Assembly: GCA_963827085.1 (NCBI GenBank)
Contig: CAWGZY010000007.1
Coordinates: 115,039-179,038, forward strand
Source: an uncultured Bacteroidota bacterium
GTDB lineage: Bacteria; Bacteroidota; Ignavibacteria; UBA10030; UBA8401
Length of the DNA stretch: 64,000 nt
Direction of reading: 5' to 3'
Positions 39,473 through 51,860 of the stretch are shown here, piece by piece. Every line of letters starts with the position of its first letter. Positions within the stretch are counted from its first letter, which is position 1. The notes beneath the pieces are model-generated. The model did no database searches and was not told the DNA's origin. It saw only the letters and a list, made by a program, of their open reading frames with translations. The position numbers and the translations under genes are program-made.

Positions 39473-39922
39473 CTATTTGAATTGCGGAAGCACGTACGCT
39501 TCCCGAATATCGTTTAGTGCAAACGACTTTTCCAGTTTTTCTTTCGTCGTCAATGTCAGGGTTGTATCGTTCACGTTCTGTAAGACCCCTTCACTTTTCT
39601 GGTCATCGACGGAAGAGACGATCTTAATTTGGCGGCCTATATTTTTCTTATATTGCCGCACCATTTTGAGAGGCCGGTCGAGGCCCGGCGAAGAGACCTC
39701 CAACCTGTACCTTCCTGAAATCAAATTCTGTTTCTCGATTTCTGATGATATATAACGATTAACCTGCCCGCACTCATCAGCTGTGACTCCTTTGTCCGTA
39801 TCAACAAACACCTCGACAATTGAACCGCCCCTCTCGCCGCGTACTATAACGTCGACAAGATATCCGTCTATGGACTGAAGGATCGTCGATGCTATTTCAG
39901 AAATCTTCTCAATCAGCGCCAT
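39473..39922 (-). CDS. rimP: Ribosome maturation factor RimP
   Basis: MALIEKISEIAS...; canonical rimP-nusA-infB order. Confidence 0.85.
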   Translation of the reverse strand: MALIEKISEIASTILQSIDGYLVDVIVRGERGGSIVEVFVDTDKGVTADECGQVNRYISSEIEKQNLISGRYRLEVSSPGLDRPLKMVRQYKKNIGRQIKIVSSVDDQKSEGVLQNVNDTTLTLTTKEKLEKSFALNDIREAYVLPQFK

Positions 39923-39943
39923 TTTCAATCTTTTTTTGACATC

Positions 39944-39969
39944 AAAAAAAAATCCCGCTTGAGGCGGGA
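39944..39969 (-). terminator. Rho-independent terminator on the minus strand, after the large OMP gene and before rimP
   Basis: Minus strand: AGTCCCGCC-TCAAG-CGGGAT followed by T9; flanked by an AT-only inverted repeat TTTTTTTGA/TCAAAAAAA. Confidence 0.65.
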
Positions 39970-40045
39970 CTTTATACGATGCAGTGAATAAAATATAGGG
40001 AACCAAACAGTTAGAAGCAAGTAAAATCTTACTATTATCCGGTCT

Positions 40046-43000
40046 TTAAAAGAATGCCCGAACCTCCGCCTTTGCGGTATGAACCGGGTCATGAGATTGT
40101 TCTGACCTTCCGGTATATTGCAGCGAAGATTGAAGATTGGTGCTCAATTTATAATCGAATGAAATTCCCCATAAAAATGTCTTTCCCTCTAACCTGCCGG
40201 CGGTGAGGTCAAATGGGACAAGGGTGCCTGCCGGATTATTTTCAAGTGTTACCTCCTCCCGCGAAAAATCGATTCTCATCTGACCGCTTCCCTTAAACGA
40301 AATAATCGTTCGCAGCGATTGCGCATTCAAATCTGCAAAGATTGGCGCTGCGGTATAATCGTCCTCTGAACGCGATACTTCAATTTTGAAGCCAACTTCA
40401 ACGTTCTGTTCCGGGCGGTATGAATAATCCGAAGTGATGTCATCTGAATTAATAACTTCTGAACGACCGCTCGCAAGCGAGGCGGCAAGATTATTCTCTT
40501 TGTTCGCGTAATCTATTTGATTTGAGATTTCAGAAACAAGCTGCCACCGAATCCGGATCGACCGCTCGCGAGTATAGCTTTGCTCATCGCCTGTACTGTA
40601 TTGTCCGGATCCATCCTGTTGGAGAAACCTGAATCTGAATGATAGGTCGGGACGATTTTCAAAAAGAAAAAGATCCTGCTGGATGAGCTGGCTGCCGAGT
40701 ATCGTTGTGGAAGGGTCAAGAAAGTGGCTGAGGTGCAGAAGGTAAATTTGACTCGTCTGCGGGTCGGAGCTTTTTTCTTCTATCTTGACATAGCTTTCCG
40801 TCGACAGAGCGGAGAGTGCTTTTTCGAACCAACCTGAAGGTGAAGCGATAAATTTATTTGGGACGAGGCGCAGGCGCGTCGAGGTCTTTAAATCGATCAC
40901 AGGAATAAGTTGATCGGTTGGGACCGTTATCACTGTGTAGTTGCCGTCGTACCGGCTGAGTTGGAATTCGTTTTCATCAGTAACATCGACATTTCCGGTT
41001 CCCACCCAGATATATTGTCCTTGGCCTTGCGGGACTTGGACGAAAACGCGTTGGAGCTGCGCCGACCGCTCCGTCGACGCCTCATAGTATACGTCGGCAT
41101 CAACTCCCCGCTGAAATGGCGTGTATCTCGTTTCGGTACGCACGAGCGTTGTTTGGACGTCGCTGTTGGTAAGCCTGAATTGGTCATGAAATGTTTTATC
41201 TCTAAGAATGACGTCGAGAGACGATGAAATGTTTTGGATTTGAGGCAGGGACCACCCATATGTCTGGGTGATTGACCGCGATTGGGGTTGCAGTTTCCCT
41301 TCGTACGCGGCATCATCTTCGCGGAGTTCAAGTTCGGTCGAAAGATTCATTCCATAAATGCCTTTGAACGAGAATTTTGGAGCAAGGGTCGTAAAACTAA
41401 AACTCGCGTTGTCGAGAGAATCCATAACGGAAGTCTCGATAGTGCGGTCTTCATGTTCAAAGCGAAAACTTGGGAGGAATTTCTTAATAGCGTAGCTGAT
41501 AGAGCCTGCTTGTCTAACCCAGTCATTTTCCTCATTAGAAATTCCTTGTGAACTTTTAATTTGCTCAATGGTATAATCAATCTTCGGCAACGAGTCGTCA
41601 GCGAGGCGCACGAAGCCCTCTTTGCGATTTGCCGAGAACTGTGATCCCATGTCGTTTGATCCAATCGACCCTCCGAGAGAAAGCGTCCGGATAGGATTGT
41701 ACGTGAGGTCCGCTTGCCGGATTTCTTCGGATGAAGGCTGAATCGTGACGGTGCTGTCGATGCTCCATTCCCTTCCGAACTCCACGTCGTCTATGCGGTC
41801 GAGGGGGGAGAAATTTTTGTTCGTGTACCTGTCGGAAAGAGATAGATTAAATGAACCTATATTAGCACCGCCTACTTTAACATTGGCCGGAGCAAAATTT
41901 GCTGAGAATTTAGTGGCGTCGCCGGTAATTTCATCATTGGCGGCGAACCTATTCGGATTGAGGTTGCTGGCGGCAAATTCGCCGCTCACTGACAAATCCT
42001 TCATAAGATGGATGGAAGTATTTACGTCGGCAATTTGCTGAAGCTGTGGGGCCGGCAGGATAATGATCGGTGAGTAATTGCCGTTGTGCGGCCCTACATA
42101 TCGGTAATCGCCCAATAGCACATTGGCATAGTCCCCTGCTCCCGATCCGACGAATGTAAACGTTACATTAAACTGAGCCTGGTATGTTCCCGGTGCGTAC
42201 TCATAAATCCTTATTGTTGCCCCCTGCACGACAGTGTCGACTGCGGCATATTGTCCATTCCCGATATTCAACGAATCTACCCCTACTGAATCTACCCCCG
42301 ACCGAGTGGCCAGCTTGCCCCCGCTTTGTGCGAGTGCCGTTTTGTCGCTGTCGCTCAATGAAATGTCAATCGGCGCGTTCGGGTCGTCCCCTTCCTGGGC
42401 ATACATTATGGAAAACTTCATCGCATCAGAAAAGGTTTTAGCGTCCGCCTCGACTGCGAAAAAATTTCTCGTATATGATTGATCGCTGTACTGAAAGTCC
42501 ACGACAATACGTGAGACACTGGTTATTAACCTCTTTGAAGAGAAGGTAATTTGGCTGCTTGAATAATCAATTGCATAGTCATTCGCTTCCCCCCTTACCA
42601 TAAGTACTCCGTCAATGTAAATTTTTTCAGTCCCTGCAATGACAACGATGTTATTTTCGTTGTTTTTGCCGTAGAGCTGATAGGGCCCCTGCACACCATC
42701 GATCCCGGGGAACTGATTCGTGTTAAACTTACCGCGTGACGTTGCGCCGGTCACAGTCACTGATCCGGAAATGTCCCTCGAAGAGAAGTTTGCTGTCCCC
42801 TCTGCTCCTTCAAGCTTACGGCTCAATTTACCAAACTCCCCATCGGACATATCAAAATAGAAATCGCCTAATGTCGCAGAGTAATTAGCACTCTTAATTT
42901 GGACGAAAACGTTGTCTAATTCCTGAATCGTCTGAGTATTTCCTTCGGGTTGAAGAGGCGTGTTTTCATCAGTTAAAGCAGCCTGAATTTCAACGTCTGA

Positions 43001-43573
43001 TGATAGTTTACCGGAAAATTGAAGGCGGAAGCCTGAATTAAGCGTTAAATTGCTATTTGTTCCTACTGTAAATCCACGAAAAATACTTCCGCTTTTTTGA
43101 AGTTCATTGCCGAAAATGTTGTCGAAAGGGCCCGATGCGGAGTTTGTATTTACAATTGTGGTTGTGCGGTTGGTAATAGAATCATGGTGTACTATATAAA
43201 TTTTATGTCGATAAAATGTTTTGAATGAAAATGGTAAAAAATTGTAAAATATGATAATAGCATGTTTATGTAATTTAAATTCTATCTTTTGTCGAAGCGT
43301 AATGTGCACTTTGCCCGTTGAGTATTCAATCGAATAATCGGTGAGTTTATTGAGTTTCAGAGAATCCAGATAAACTGACTCAGAGTTAGGAATAATGATA
43401 TCGTGTAAGAGTTGAAGCGAGGTATCGGGCTGGATTATTCGGTGTTCATCAAAAGCGGGAGCAATCGAAGCAGGAGTTTGCGCTCTTGCTGCTCCCGAAA
43501 AAACTGAAAGAAGAAAAAGAGCAAGAGCGAGAAGAGGAAAATGTATTTCGGAAGTCAGTCTCAAAGGAAACAA
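40046..43573 (-). CDS. Large (1175 aa) predicted outer-membrane beta-barrel protein of unknown function; a T9SS SprA-like translocon is one possibility
   Basis: Signal peptide ending ARA-Q; beta-strand-rich composition (alternating hydrophobic residues; S/T/N/Q/Y/G-rich); C-terminal OMP beta-signal ...AEVRAFF. Confidence 0.7.
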   Translation of the reverse strand: MFPLRLTSEIHFPLLALALFLLSVFSGAARAQTPASIAPAFDEHRIIQPDTSLQLLHDIIIPNSESVYLDSLKLNKLTDYSIEYSTGKVHITLRQKIEFKLHKHAIIIFYNFLPFSFKTFYRHKIYIVHHDSITNRTTTIVNTNSASGPFDNIFGNELQKSGSIFRGFTVGTNSNLTLNSGFRLQFSGKLSSDVEIQAALTDENTPLQPEGNTQTIQELDNVFVQIKSANYSATLGDFYFDMSDGEFGKLSRKLEGAEGTANFSSRDISGSVTVTGATSRGKFNTNQFPGIDGVQGPYQLYGKNNENNIVVIAGTEKIYIDGVLMVRGEANDYAIDYSSSQITFSSKRLITSVSRIVVDFQYSDQSYTRNFFAVEADAKTFSDAMKFSIMYAQEGDDPNAPIDISLSDSDKTALAQSGGKLATRSGVDSVGVDSLNIGNGQYAAVDTVVQGATIRIYEYAPGTYQAQFNVTFTFVGSGAGDYANVLLGDYRYVGPHNGNYSPIIILPAPQLQQIADVNTSIHLMKDLSVSGEFAASNLNPNRFAANDEITGDATKFSANFAPANVKVGGANIGSFNLSLSDRYTNKNFSPLDRIDDVEFGREWSIDSTVTIQPSSEEIRQADLTYNPIRTLSLGGSIGSNDMGSQFSANRKEGFVRLADDSLPKIDYTIEQIKSSQGISNEENDWVRQAGSISYAIKKFLPSFRFEHEDRTIETSVMDSLDNASFSFTTLAPKFSFKGIYGMNLSTELELREDDAAYEGKLQPQSRSITQTYGWSLPQIQNISSSLDVILRDKTFHDQFRLTNSDVQTTLVRTETRYTPFQRGVDADVYYEASTERSAQLQRVFVQVPQGQGQYIWVGTGNVDVTDENEFQLSRYDGNYTVITVPTDQLIPVIDLKTSTRLRLVPNKFIASPSGWFEKALSALSTESYVKIEEKSSDPQTSQIYLLHLSHFLDPSTTILGSQLIQQDLFLFENRPDLSFRFRFLQQDGSGQYSTGDEQSYTRERSIRIRWQLVSEISNQIDYANKENNLAASLASGRSEVINSDDITSDYSYRPEQNVEVGFKIEVSRSEDDYTAAPIFADLNAQSLRTIISFKGSGQMRIDFSREEVTLENNPAGTLVPFDLTAGRLEGKTFLWGISFDYKLSTNLQSSLQYTGRSEQSHDPVHTAKAEVRAFF

Positions 43574-43685
43574 TGATAGATTTCATAAACCTACATCGTA
43601 GAAATTTGATGCGCGACCTCCGTATTTATATAGCATCTTTTGTCCAAAGACAAAAAGACCACCACGATTTCTCGTCGGATGGCAT

Positions 43686-43774
43686 TGGTACCAAAGGAGG
43701 GACTCGAACCCTCACCTGGGGTAAGCCAGACTGGATTTTGAGTCCAGCGCGTCTACCACTTCCGCCACTTTGGC
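43686..43774 (-). tRNA. tRNA-Leu (anticodon CAA), long variable arm, CCA encoded
   Basis: Manual fold of the reverse complement: acceptor GCCAAAG/CTTTGGT (G1-U72), anticodon stem CTGGA/TCCAG with loop CTCAAAA, long variable arm, T-arm GAGGG-TTCGAGT-CCCTC, then ACCA. Confidence 0.85.
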
Positions 43775-43824
43775 TTCATTGTGTAGCAAATTCAACCCAC
43801 ATTTTAGAATTTGCACACGAATAA

Positions 43825-44292
43825 ATGTATATATTTTTTTGTTTGGAGTCAAAAGGAAACAACTTCAGAAGATTGGGGGAGAAAGCATCGGTTGGCGCAG
43901 CTTGGCTGGCAGCATACACCGAGCCGGCGATGTTCTCCGTGAATCTAATGATTCTCCATTTTTTGCCGATACTATATATAGGCAACTTTTGGCGGGTAGA
44001 GACTTTGCGAATTCATGGCCTTTCTCCTCTTATTTTCAAACCTATCGTGGAGGAAATTTCCGCATCCAAGAAAGATGAATTCGCCGCTAAGATGAAGAAA
44101 GCGCTCGAATCAGAAAAAGCTGCAGCTCTTCGGGGCATCGATCAATACGCACAATCATTTCAACATGGGCAGCATCATTCTCGCGAAAATGCCCAGAACC
44201 AATCCCCTGCTTCTCCCACGGATGAACATGCAATTGATGAAAAAGTAGATATTAACAATTCTACGGTAAAAAAAATTAACGTTCTTATCTAA
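43825..44292 (+). CDS. Hypothetical protein (155 aa); no recognisable domain
   Basis: ORF only; hydrophobic N-terminal half and a polar C-terminal half; no RBS or homology support. Confidence 0.25.
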   Translation: MYIFFCLESKGNNFRRLGEKASVGAAWLAAYTEPAMFSVNLMILHFLPILYIGNFWRVETLRIHGLSPLIFKPIVEEISASKKDEFAAKMKKALESEKAAALRGIDQYAQSFQHGQHHSRENAQNQSPASPTDEHAIDEKVDINNSTVKKINVLI

Positions 44293-44354
44293 CTCGATCC
44301 TCCCTGTCAACATTCTTTGGCGATATCCGTCCAATTCTGTTTTTATACAAGATT

Positions 44355-45683
44355 CTATTCTGCATAAGCCCTTTTTAATAGGGTTGCAAGGTGTATGACG
44401 TCGCCCTCAACATGGTAGAGATTGCAGCCATATTTTATTTGCGACAGACAACCGGGGTTGTTTGCCACAATAATATCCGCATTTGTCTTTCTCACATTCT
44501 GCATTTTTCGTTCTAACAATTTCATCGAATGGTCGTACCGGAGGAGATTGTAAATACCGGCGCTACCGCAACACCATGCAGCTTCAGGAAGCTCAACGAG
44601 GTCAATTTCTGGCATTGAGTTCAATACGGCCCGGGGTTCTGAGGTAATATGTTGAGCATGCGCCAGATGACATGCATCGTGGTATGCAACACGCACATTC
44701 ATAGGATGTGAAGGTTTTTTGAAATCGATGGTCAATAGGAATTCGGTCAGGTCCTTGACCTTGGTGGAAAGGAGATTCGCCTTTTCAGCATATTGACTGT
44801 CATCAGTAAGATAGTGCACATATTCTTTCATGAACGCACCACATCCGGCGGAGTTCATGATAATTGCCTCAAACTCATAACGCGAAAAAATATCAATGTT
44901 ACGCCGCGCAAGTGTTCTTGCCGAATCGAGATCTCCGTTGTGAGCCTGCAGCGACCCGCAGCATTCCTGTAATTTTGGGACAATAACTTCGCAGCCGTTG
45001 TGCAGGAGGACTTCCACAGTGTCGCGGTTCACCTCGGCAAATGCAACGTTCATGATGCAGCCTGAAAGAAATGCAACGCGATGTTTCACCTCTCCTGCCG
45101 GCCTGATAATTTCGGGAAATGATTCATCGAAGAAGTTTTTATCGATTCGGGGAGAGAGTTCTTGAAGCTTTCCCATCTTCGGCATAAAGAAATTTAACAT
45201 ACCCGTCTTGGCCAGGAATGTTTCCAATCCTGATCGTTGATAGAAACGGAGTGCTTTGGCCAGAAATTTCAACCTTCTTTTCGATACAAGCACATATCCA
45301 AAGAAAAAGATTTTTAGTGATTTCTCCAGCCAGGAAATTCTCCCCCGCTTGTAGATTTGACCCCGCGCAGCTTCAACCAGTGCCCCATATTTGACTCCCG
45401 CCGGGCAAGCCGTTTCGCATGCCTGGCAATCGAGGCAAAAATTCATTTCATCAACAAAGCCGTTTGTAATTTCCATATCACCGTCGGCAACGGCTTTTAT
45501 CAACCGGATACGCCCGCGCGGCGAAGATTTTTCCAGACCGGTCAGTGCGAATGTGGGGCAGGTCGGGAGACACAAACCGCAATGCATGCAGTTCGTAATA
45601 AAATCATAGCTGGGTACATCGACGCCAGAGAACCCAGACTTGGTGTTTACCATTGCAGGATTCTTTTCACTTGGTATAGCCAT
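44355..45683 (-). CDS. (Fe-S)-binding oxidoreductase subunit, GlcF-like (two 4Fe-4S ferredoxin motifs plus CCG cysteine-rich domains)
   Basis: CMHCGLCLPTCP and CLDCQACETACP ferredoxin motifs; two CCG-type Cys clusters; paired with a GlcD-like gene. Confidence 0.8.
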   Translation of the reverse strand: MAIPSEKNPAMVNTKSGFSGVDVPSYDFITNCMHCGLCLPTCPTFALTGLEKSSPRGRIRLIKAVADGDMEITNGFVDEMNFCLDCQACETACPAGVKYGALVEAARGQIYKRGRISWLEKSLKIFFFGYVLVSKRRLKFLAKALRFYQRSGLETFLAKTGMLNFFMPKMGKLQELSPRIDKNFFDESFPEIIRPAGEVKHRVAFLSGCIMNVAFAEVNRDTVEVLLHNGCEVIVPKLQECCGSLQAHNGDLDSARTLARRNIDIFSRYEFEAIIMNSAGCGAFMKEYVHYLTDDSQYAEKANLLSTKVKDLTEFLLTIDFKKPSHPMNVRVAYHDACHLAHAQHITSEPRAVLNSMPEIDLVELPEAAWCCGSAGIYNLLRYDHSMKLLERKMQNVRKTNADIIVANNPGCLSQIKYGCNLYHVEGDVIHLATLLKRAYAE

Positions 45684-45706
45684 GTATCGTTATTTCTCTT
45701 TCGCGA

Positions 45707-47164
45707 CTACGTCCACGCACCGAGCTCTTCAAATTTCTTTATTTGGTCTTTGTTTCGCGGGAGATTCCCCTCGCATTTGGGTTTGATCGAAAAGATTTTT
45801 CCGGGATTCAGTACGGCATTCGGATCAATTGAAGATTTTATGGAGTGCATCATTTCGACAGCTGGAATTCCAGCTACACTCGCAAGGAATTTTTTCTTTG
45901 ATAAACCTGTGCCATGTTCTCCCGTGATCGTTCCCCCCAATTTGATCGACTCGTTGAAGATGGCCTCAAACGCCGATTCCGCCCGATGGATCTCATCGCT
46001 GTCTCGTTCGTCGGTCAGGCACGTGGGATGAAGGTTGCCATCTCCTGCATGCCCGAAAATGCCGAACATAATATTATAATTCTTTGCGATGGATTCGATT
46101 CGCTCGAGCATCGCCGCAATTTCGCTTCTCGGTACAGTAACGTCCTCCAAAATTGTTGTCGGCCGTACACGCGCCAGAGCTGAAAATGCAGTCCGACGGG
46201 CCGTTTTCAGGCGAATGGCATCGGCTTCAGTATGAGCGACGTTGATTGCAATGCATTGATGACGTTTACATAGATCGGCCACTCTGGCCGCATCTTCTTC
46301 TACGATGACCGGGCGGCCGTCCACCTCGATTAACAGCAATGAAGCAATGGATGTCGGCAAACCAAGATGTGCATATTCTTCCACGCACTTGATTGTTGTT
46401 TGATCTAAAAATTCGATCGTTGCGGGGATGATATGTGCAGCAATTATTGCAGAGACTGCTTCGGCGGCGTCATTTCGAGTCTGAAAATACGCCAGCATTG
46501 TTTTACTTGTCTCAGGCTTTGGAATGAGCTTCAGCAAAATTTTCGTAAAAACGCCAAGCGTTCCTTCAGAACCGACGAAAAAATCTTTTAAGTTGTAGCC
46601 CGCGACATCCTTGACTACTTTTCCCCCCGAAAATATTATTTCACCATTTGGAAGAACTGTCTCAAGTCCCAGAACATAATTCTTCGTTACACCATATTTC
46701 AGTCCACGCAAGCCGCCGGCATTTTCTGCAACGTTTCCGCCTATTGTGCAAATATTCATGCTCCCCGGGTCAGGCGGATAGAACAAGCCTAATTTTTCTA
46801 CCTCGGCATGGATATCGGCAGTGATAACACCCGGTTCAACGAGAACGGTGAGATTCTCAGCATCCACTTCCAAAATCTTGTTCCAATGGGACATGAGCAG
46901 AACGATTGAATTTTCCACCGGAATCGATCCCCCGCTTAGCCCCGAACCGGAACCGCGAGGAACGACCGCAAAATGTTCTTCGTTCGCCAGAGCGAGAATG
47001 CCCGATATTTGCTCTTTCGTTTTAGGGACAACAATCGCATCGGGAAGGGCGTGCAACAACGGTGTGCCGTCATACGAATATGATATCCTGTCTTCTTGAG
47101 AATCGAGATAATTATTTTTACCGGCAATCTGAGATATTTTTCGCAGGACAGTCGGATTGATCAT
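45707..47164 (-). CDS. FAD-binding oxidoreductase, GlcD / D-lactate dehydrogenase family
   Basis: FAD_binding_4 domain (VVPRGSGSGLSGG) and the C-terminal FAD-linked oxidase domain. Confidence 0.85.
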   Translation of the reverse strand: MINPTVLRKISQIAGKNNYLDSQEDRISYSYDGTPLLHALPDAIVVPKTKEQISGILALANEEHFAVVPRGSGSGLSGGSIPVENSIVLLMSHWNKILEVDAENLTVLVEPGVITADIHAEVEKLGLFYPPDPGSMNICTIGGNVAENAGGLRGLKYGVTKNYVLGLETVLPNGEIIFSGGKVVKDVAGYNLKDFFVGSEGTLGVFTKILLKLIPKPETSKTMLAYFQTRNDAAEAVSAIIAAHIIPATIEFLDQTTIKCVEEYAHLGLPTSIASLLLIEVDGRPVIVEEDAARVADLCKRHQCIAINVAHTEADAIRLKTARRTAFSALARVRPTTILEDVTVPRSEIAAMLERIESIAKNYNIMFGIFGHAGDGNLHPTCLTDERDSDEIHRAESAFEAIFNESIKLGGTITGEHGTGLSKKKFLASVAGIPAVEMMHSIKSSIDPNAVLNPGKIFSIKPKCEGNLPRNKDQIKKFEELGAWT

Positions 47165-47259
47165 TGAAGTCGTTTTATCGTCGAAGAGATGGCGTTGAAC
47201 ATCGGATGGGGAATCAGTATATTAGTACGCTTAATTATGATAGCAAAATCAATTTCTAA

Positions 47260-48672
<1,413 letters not shown>

Positions 48673-48766
48673 TCATTCCTGTTGCAGTATTTAAACATGG
48701 ATGACTGACCTTTTGATATTTTTCATTAGTAGGTCTGTTTCAATTAAATAATTCTGCATTTTTTTT

Positions 48767-48834
48767 CCGCCAAGGCGCGGAGAGCAACAAGGGTCTTGTT
48801 GTTCTTTATACTGATAACTTTGGCGCCTTGGCGG
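48767..48834. repeat. Nested inverted repeat: a perfect 12-bp IR (CCGCCAAGGCGC / GCGCCTTGGCGG) enclosing an inner 7-bp IR (CAACAAG/CTTGTTG)
   Basis: Read directly from the sequence; lies between the convergent tryptophanase and moeZ genes; a T8 run immediately precedes it on the plus strand. Confidence 0.8.
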
Positions 48835-48864
48835 TGAAATACAAAATTATTTACTGGGAATGGC

Positions 48865-50016
<1,152 letters not shown>

Positions 50017-50298
50017 TTAAACAGTTCCTCCAGCAATAGAAGGAATGATGCTGAGAATATCCTTTTCCGAAATCGGCGTGGATTCTTTTTGTAAGTAGCG
50101 GATGTCTTCATCATTGACATAGACATTCACAAAACTTCGGAGTTTTCCATCGTCCGAATAGAGATGTTTTTGAAGCGGCGAATACGCGCCACACAAATTC
50201 TTCAGCGCATCCCCAACAGAACGTCCTTCAACAGCGACGGACTCAAGATTATTTGTAAACTGTCGCAGCGGCGTTGGAATTAGTATTTGGACGGACAT
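50017..50298 (-). CDS. cysO: MoaD/ThiS-family sulfur carrier protein (CysO-like) with a GG-TV C-terminus
   Basis: 93 aa beta-grasp protein ending ...PSIAGGTV; sits between moeZ and the JAMM protease gene. Confidence 0.7.
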   Translation of the reverse strand: MSVQILIPTPLRQFTNNLESVAVEGRSVGDALKNLCGAYSPLQKHLYSDDGKLRSFVNVYVNDEDIRYLQKESTPISEKDILSIIPSIAGGTV

Positions 50299-50428
50299 TA
50301 TTGTTCCTTTTGTGATTAAAAGTAATTAATAGAAGTTCTATTCCCCGCCCTTCGACGCGTCCCGATAAAAAACATCGGGACTTGCTCAGGGTGAACGATC
50401 GAGCTCTTTTGGGGCAGCTTGTAGTGAT

Positions 50429-50851
50429 TCATTCGATGACAACGTCCTCTTCGTTAAATTTGCTCCGGTCGTCTTCCATAATCCATGAGTGGATGTCGTG
50501 ATATTTCTTTTTCATGATTGAGACGATGGCGTACGAGAACCATGGAAATGCATGCTCAAGGTCGTATTTCGAGGCAATCGATGGTGAATCAGGATGCGAA
50601 TGATAGAATCCGATAATGTCGACTTTTTTTGCGCGGGCAGCTTTTTCTGCTTCTCTATAGTCATCGGGCGTAATAAGGAACCGGTGGTACCGTTCTGCTT
50701 TCTCGAATTGATTCTCAATCATAAAAACTTCACCGACGACTCTTTGTTCGCCGTCCGTACGGCCAAACAGCACTCCGCAGCATTCATGCGGGAAAGCTTG
50801 TTCGCCATGTTTTCGGATTGATTCGAATACGTCTTTCGAAAGCTTAAGCAT
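50429..50851 (-). CDS. mec: JAMM/MPN+ family metalloprotease (Mec+-like, CysO-cysteine hydrolase)
   Basis: JAMM motif: E in PHECCGVLFG, then HSHPDSPSIAS...D. Confidence 0.85.
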   Translation of the reverse strand: MLKLSKDVFESIRKHGEQAFPHECCGVLFGRTDGEQRVVGEVFMIENQFEKAERYHRFLITPDDYREAEKAARAKKVDIIGFYHSHPDSPSIASKYDLEHAFPWFSYAIVSIMKKKYHDIHSWIMEDDRSKFNEEDVVIE

Positions 50852-51786
50852 GCTCTTCCCATATATGTTCGCTCAAGTACCCTCGAACCGTCGTCGCAAA
50901 GCACAGTGACGACAACACCCGTGGAAATCGTCTTGGCAATTTTCAACGCAGCCGCAAGATTCGCGCCGGAGGAGATTCCAAGAAATAATCCCTCTTCTCT
51001 GGCCAGTCTTTTCATCATCGCGTGTGATTCTTCAGTTGAAATCTCGACAGCGTCATCGGCGATCGACGGGTCATAAATCCCGGGGACGATTGCCGATTGC
51101 ATATGTTTGAGCCCTTCGACGCCGTGGAGCGGCGAATCGGGCTGCACCGAAATGCACTGAATCTCGCCTCGAAATTCCTTCAGCCGCCGGGACGTTCCGA
51201 CAAAAGTACCGCTTGTTCCCAATCCCGCGACAAAATGAGTGACTGTGCCGTTTGTCTGGCGGATAATTTCTTCCGCTGTTCCATTGTAGTGGGCTTCCCA
51301 GTTTGCCGCGTTGTTGTACTGGTCGGAATAAAAGTACTTTCCCGGATTCTCACTTACTATTTTTTTGACTTCTCGTTGTGCACCGTCGGTGCCTTCCAAC
51401 GGACTCGTGAGAGTGAGATCTGCTCCAAATGCGGCGATCAATTTTTTTCTCTCATCGGATGCATTTGACGGCATATAAATGTGTACCCGGTAACCGAGCG
51501 CGGCTCCGAACATCGCCAATGCGATGCCCGTATTCCCGCTTGTCGCGTCGAGAATTGTTTTCTCATGCGTGAGCAGACCCGACACTTCTCCCTGGCGTAT
51601 CATGTTGAGGGCAGCACGGTCTTTGACGGAACCGCTGGGATTATACCATTCGGCCTTCCCGTAAATCTCGATGCGCTCAAATTCTGACCCGATGCGGTTC
51701 ATTTTGACCAGCGGAGTGTTGCCCACCATCTCCAATAACGTTGTAGGGTGCACCGACGGGCGTAATATTGTCTCTATCGCATGCAA
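50719..51786 (-). CDS. cysM: Cysteine synthase, CysM type (PLP-dependent; probably O-phosphoserine/sulfur-carrier dependent)
   Basis: PLP-Lys region NPSGSVKDRAAL; GTSGT phosphate loop; 355 aa with a C-terminal extension whose 3' end overlaps the mec start by 133 nt. Confidence 0.85.
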   Translation of the reverse strand: MHAIETILRPSVHPTTLLEMVGNTPLVKMNRIGSEFERIEIYGKAEWYNPSGSVKDRAALNMIRQGEVSGLLTHEKTILDATSGNTGIALAMFGAALGYRVHIYMPSNASDERKKLIAAFGADLTLTSPLEGTDGAQREVKKIVSENPGKYFYSDQYNNAANWEAHYNGTAEEIIRQTNGTVTHFVAGLGTSGTFVGTSRRLKEFRGEIQCISVQPDSPLHGVEGLKHMQSAIVPGIYDPSIADDAVEISTEESHAMMKRLAREEGLFLGISSGANLAAALKIAKTISTGVVVTVLCDDGSRVLERTYMGRACLSFRKTYSNQSENMANKLSRMNAAECCLAVRTANKESSVKFL

Positions 51787-51860
51787 AGGTGTAATAGACT
51801 TTTTGAGAAATGTATTGTTTTACGGTATAACACAAATTGCATCAGGAAGGTTCGAGCCGG

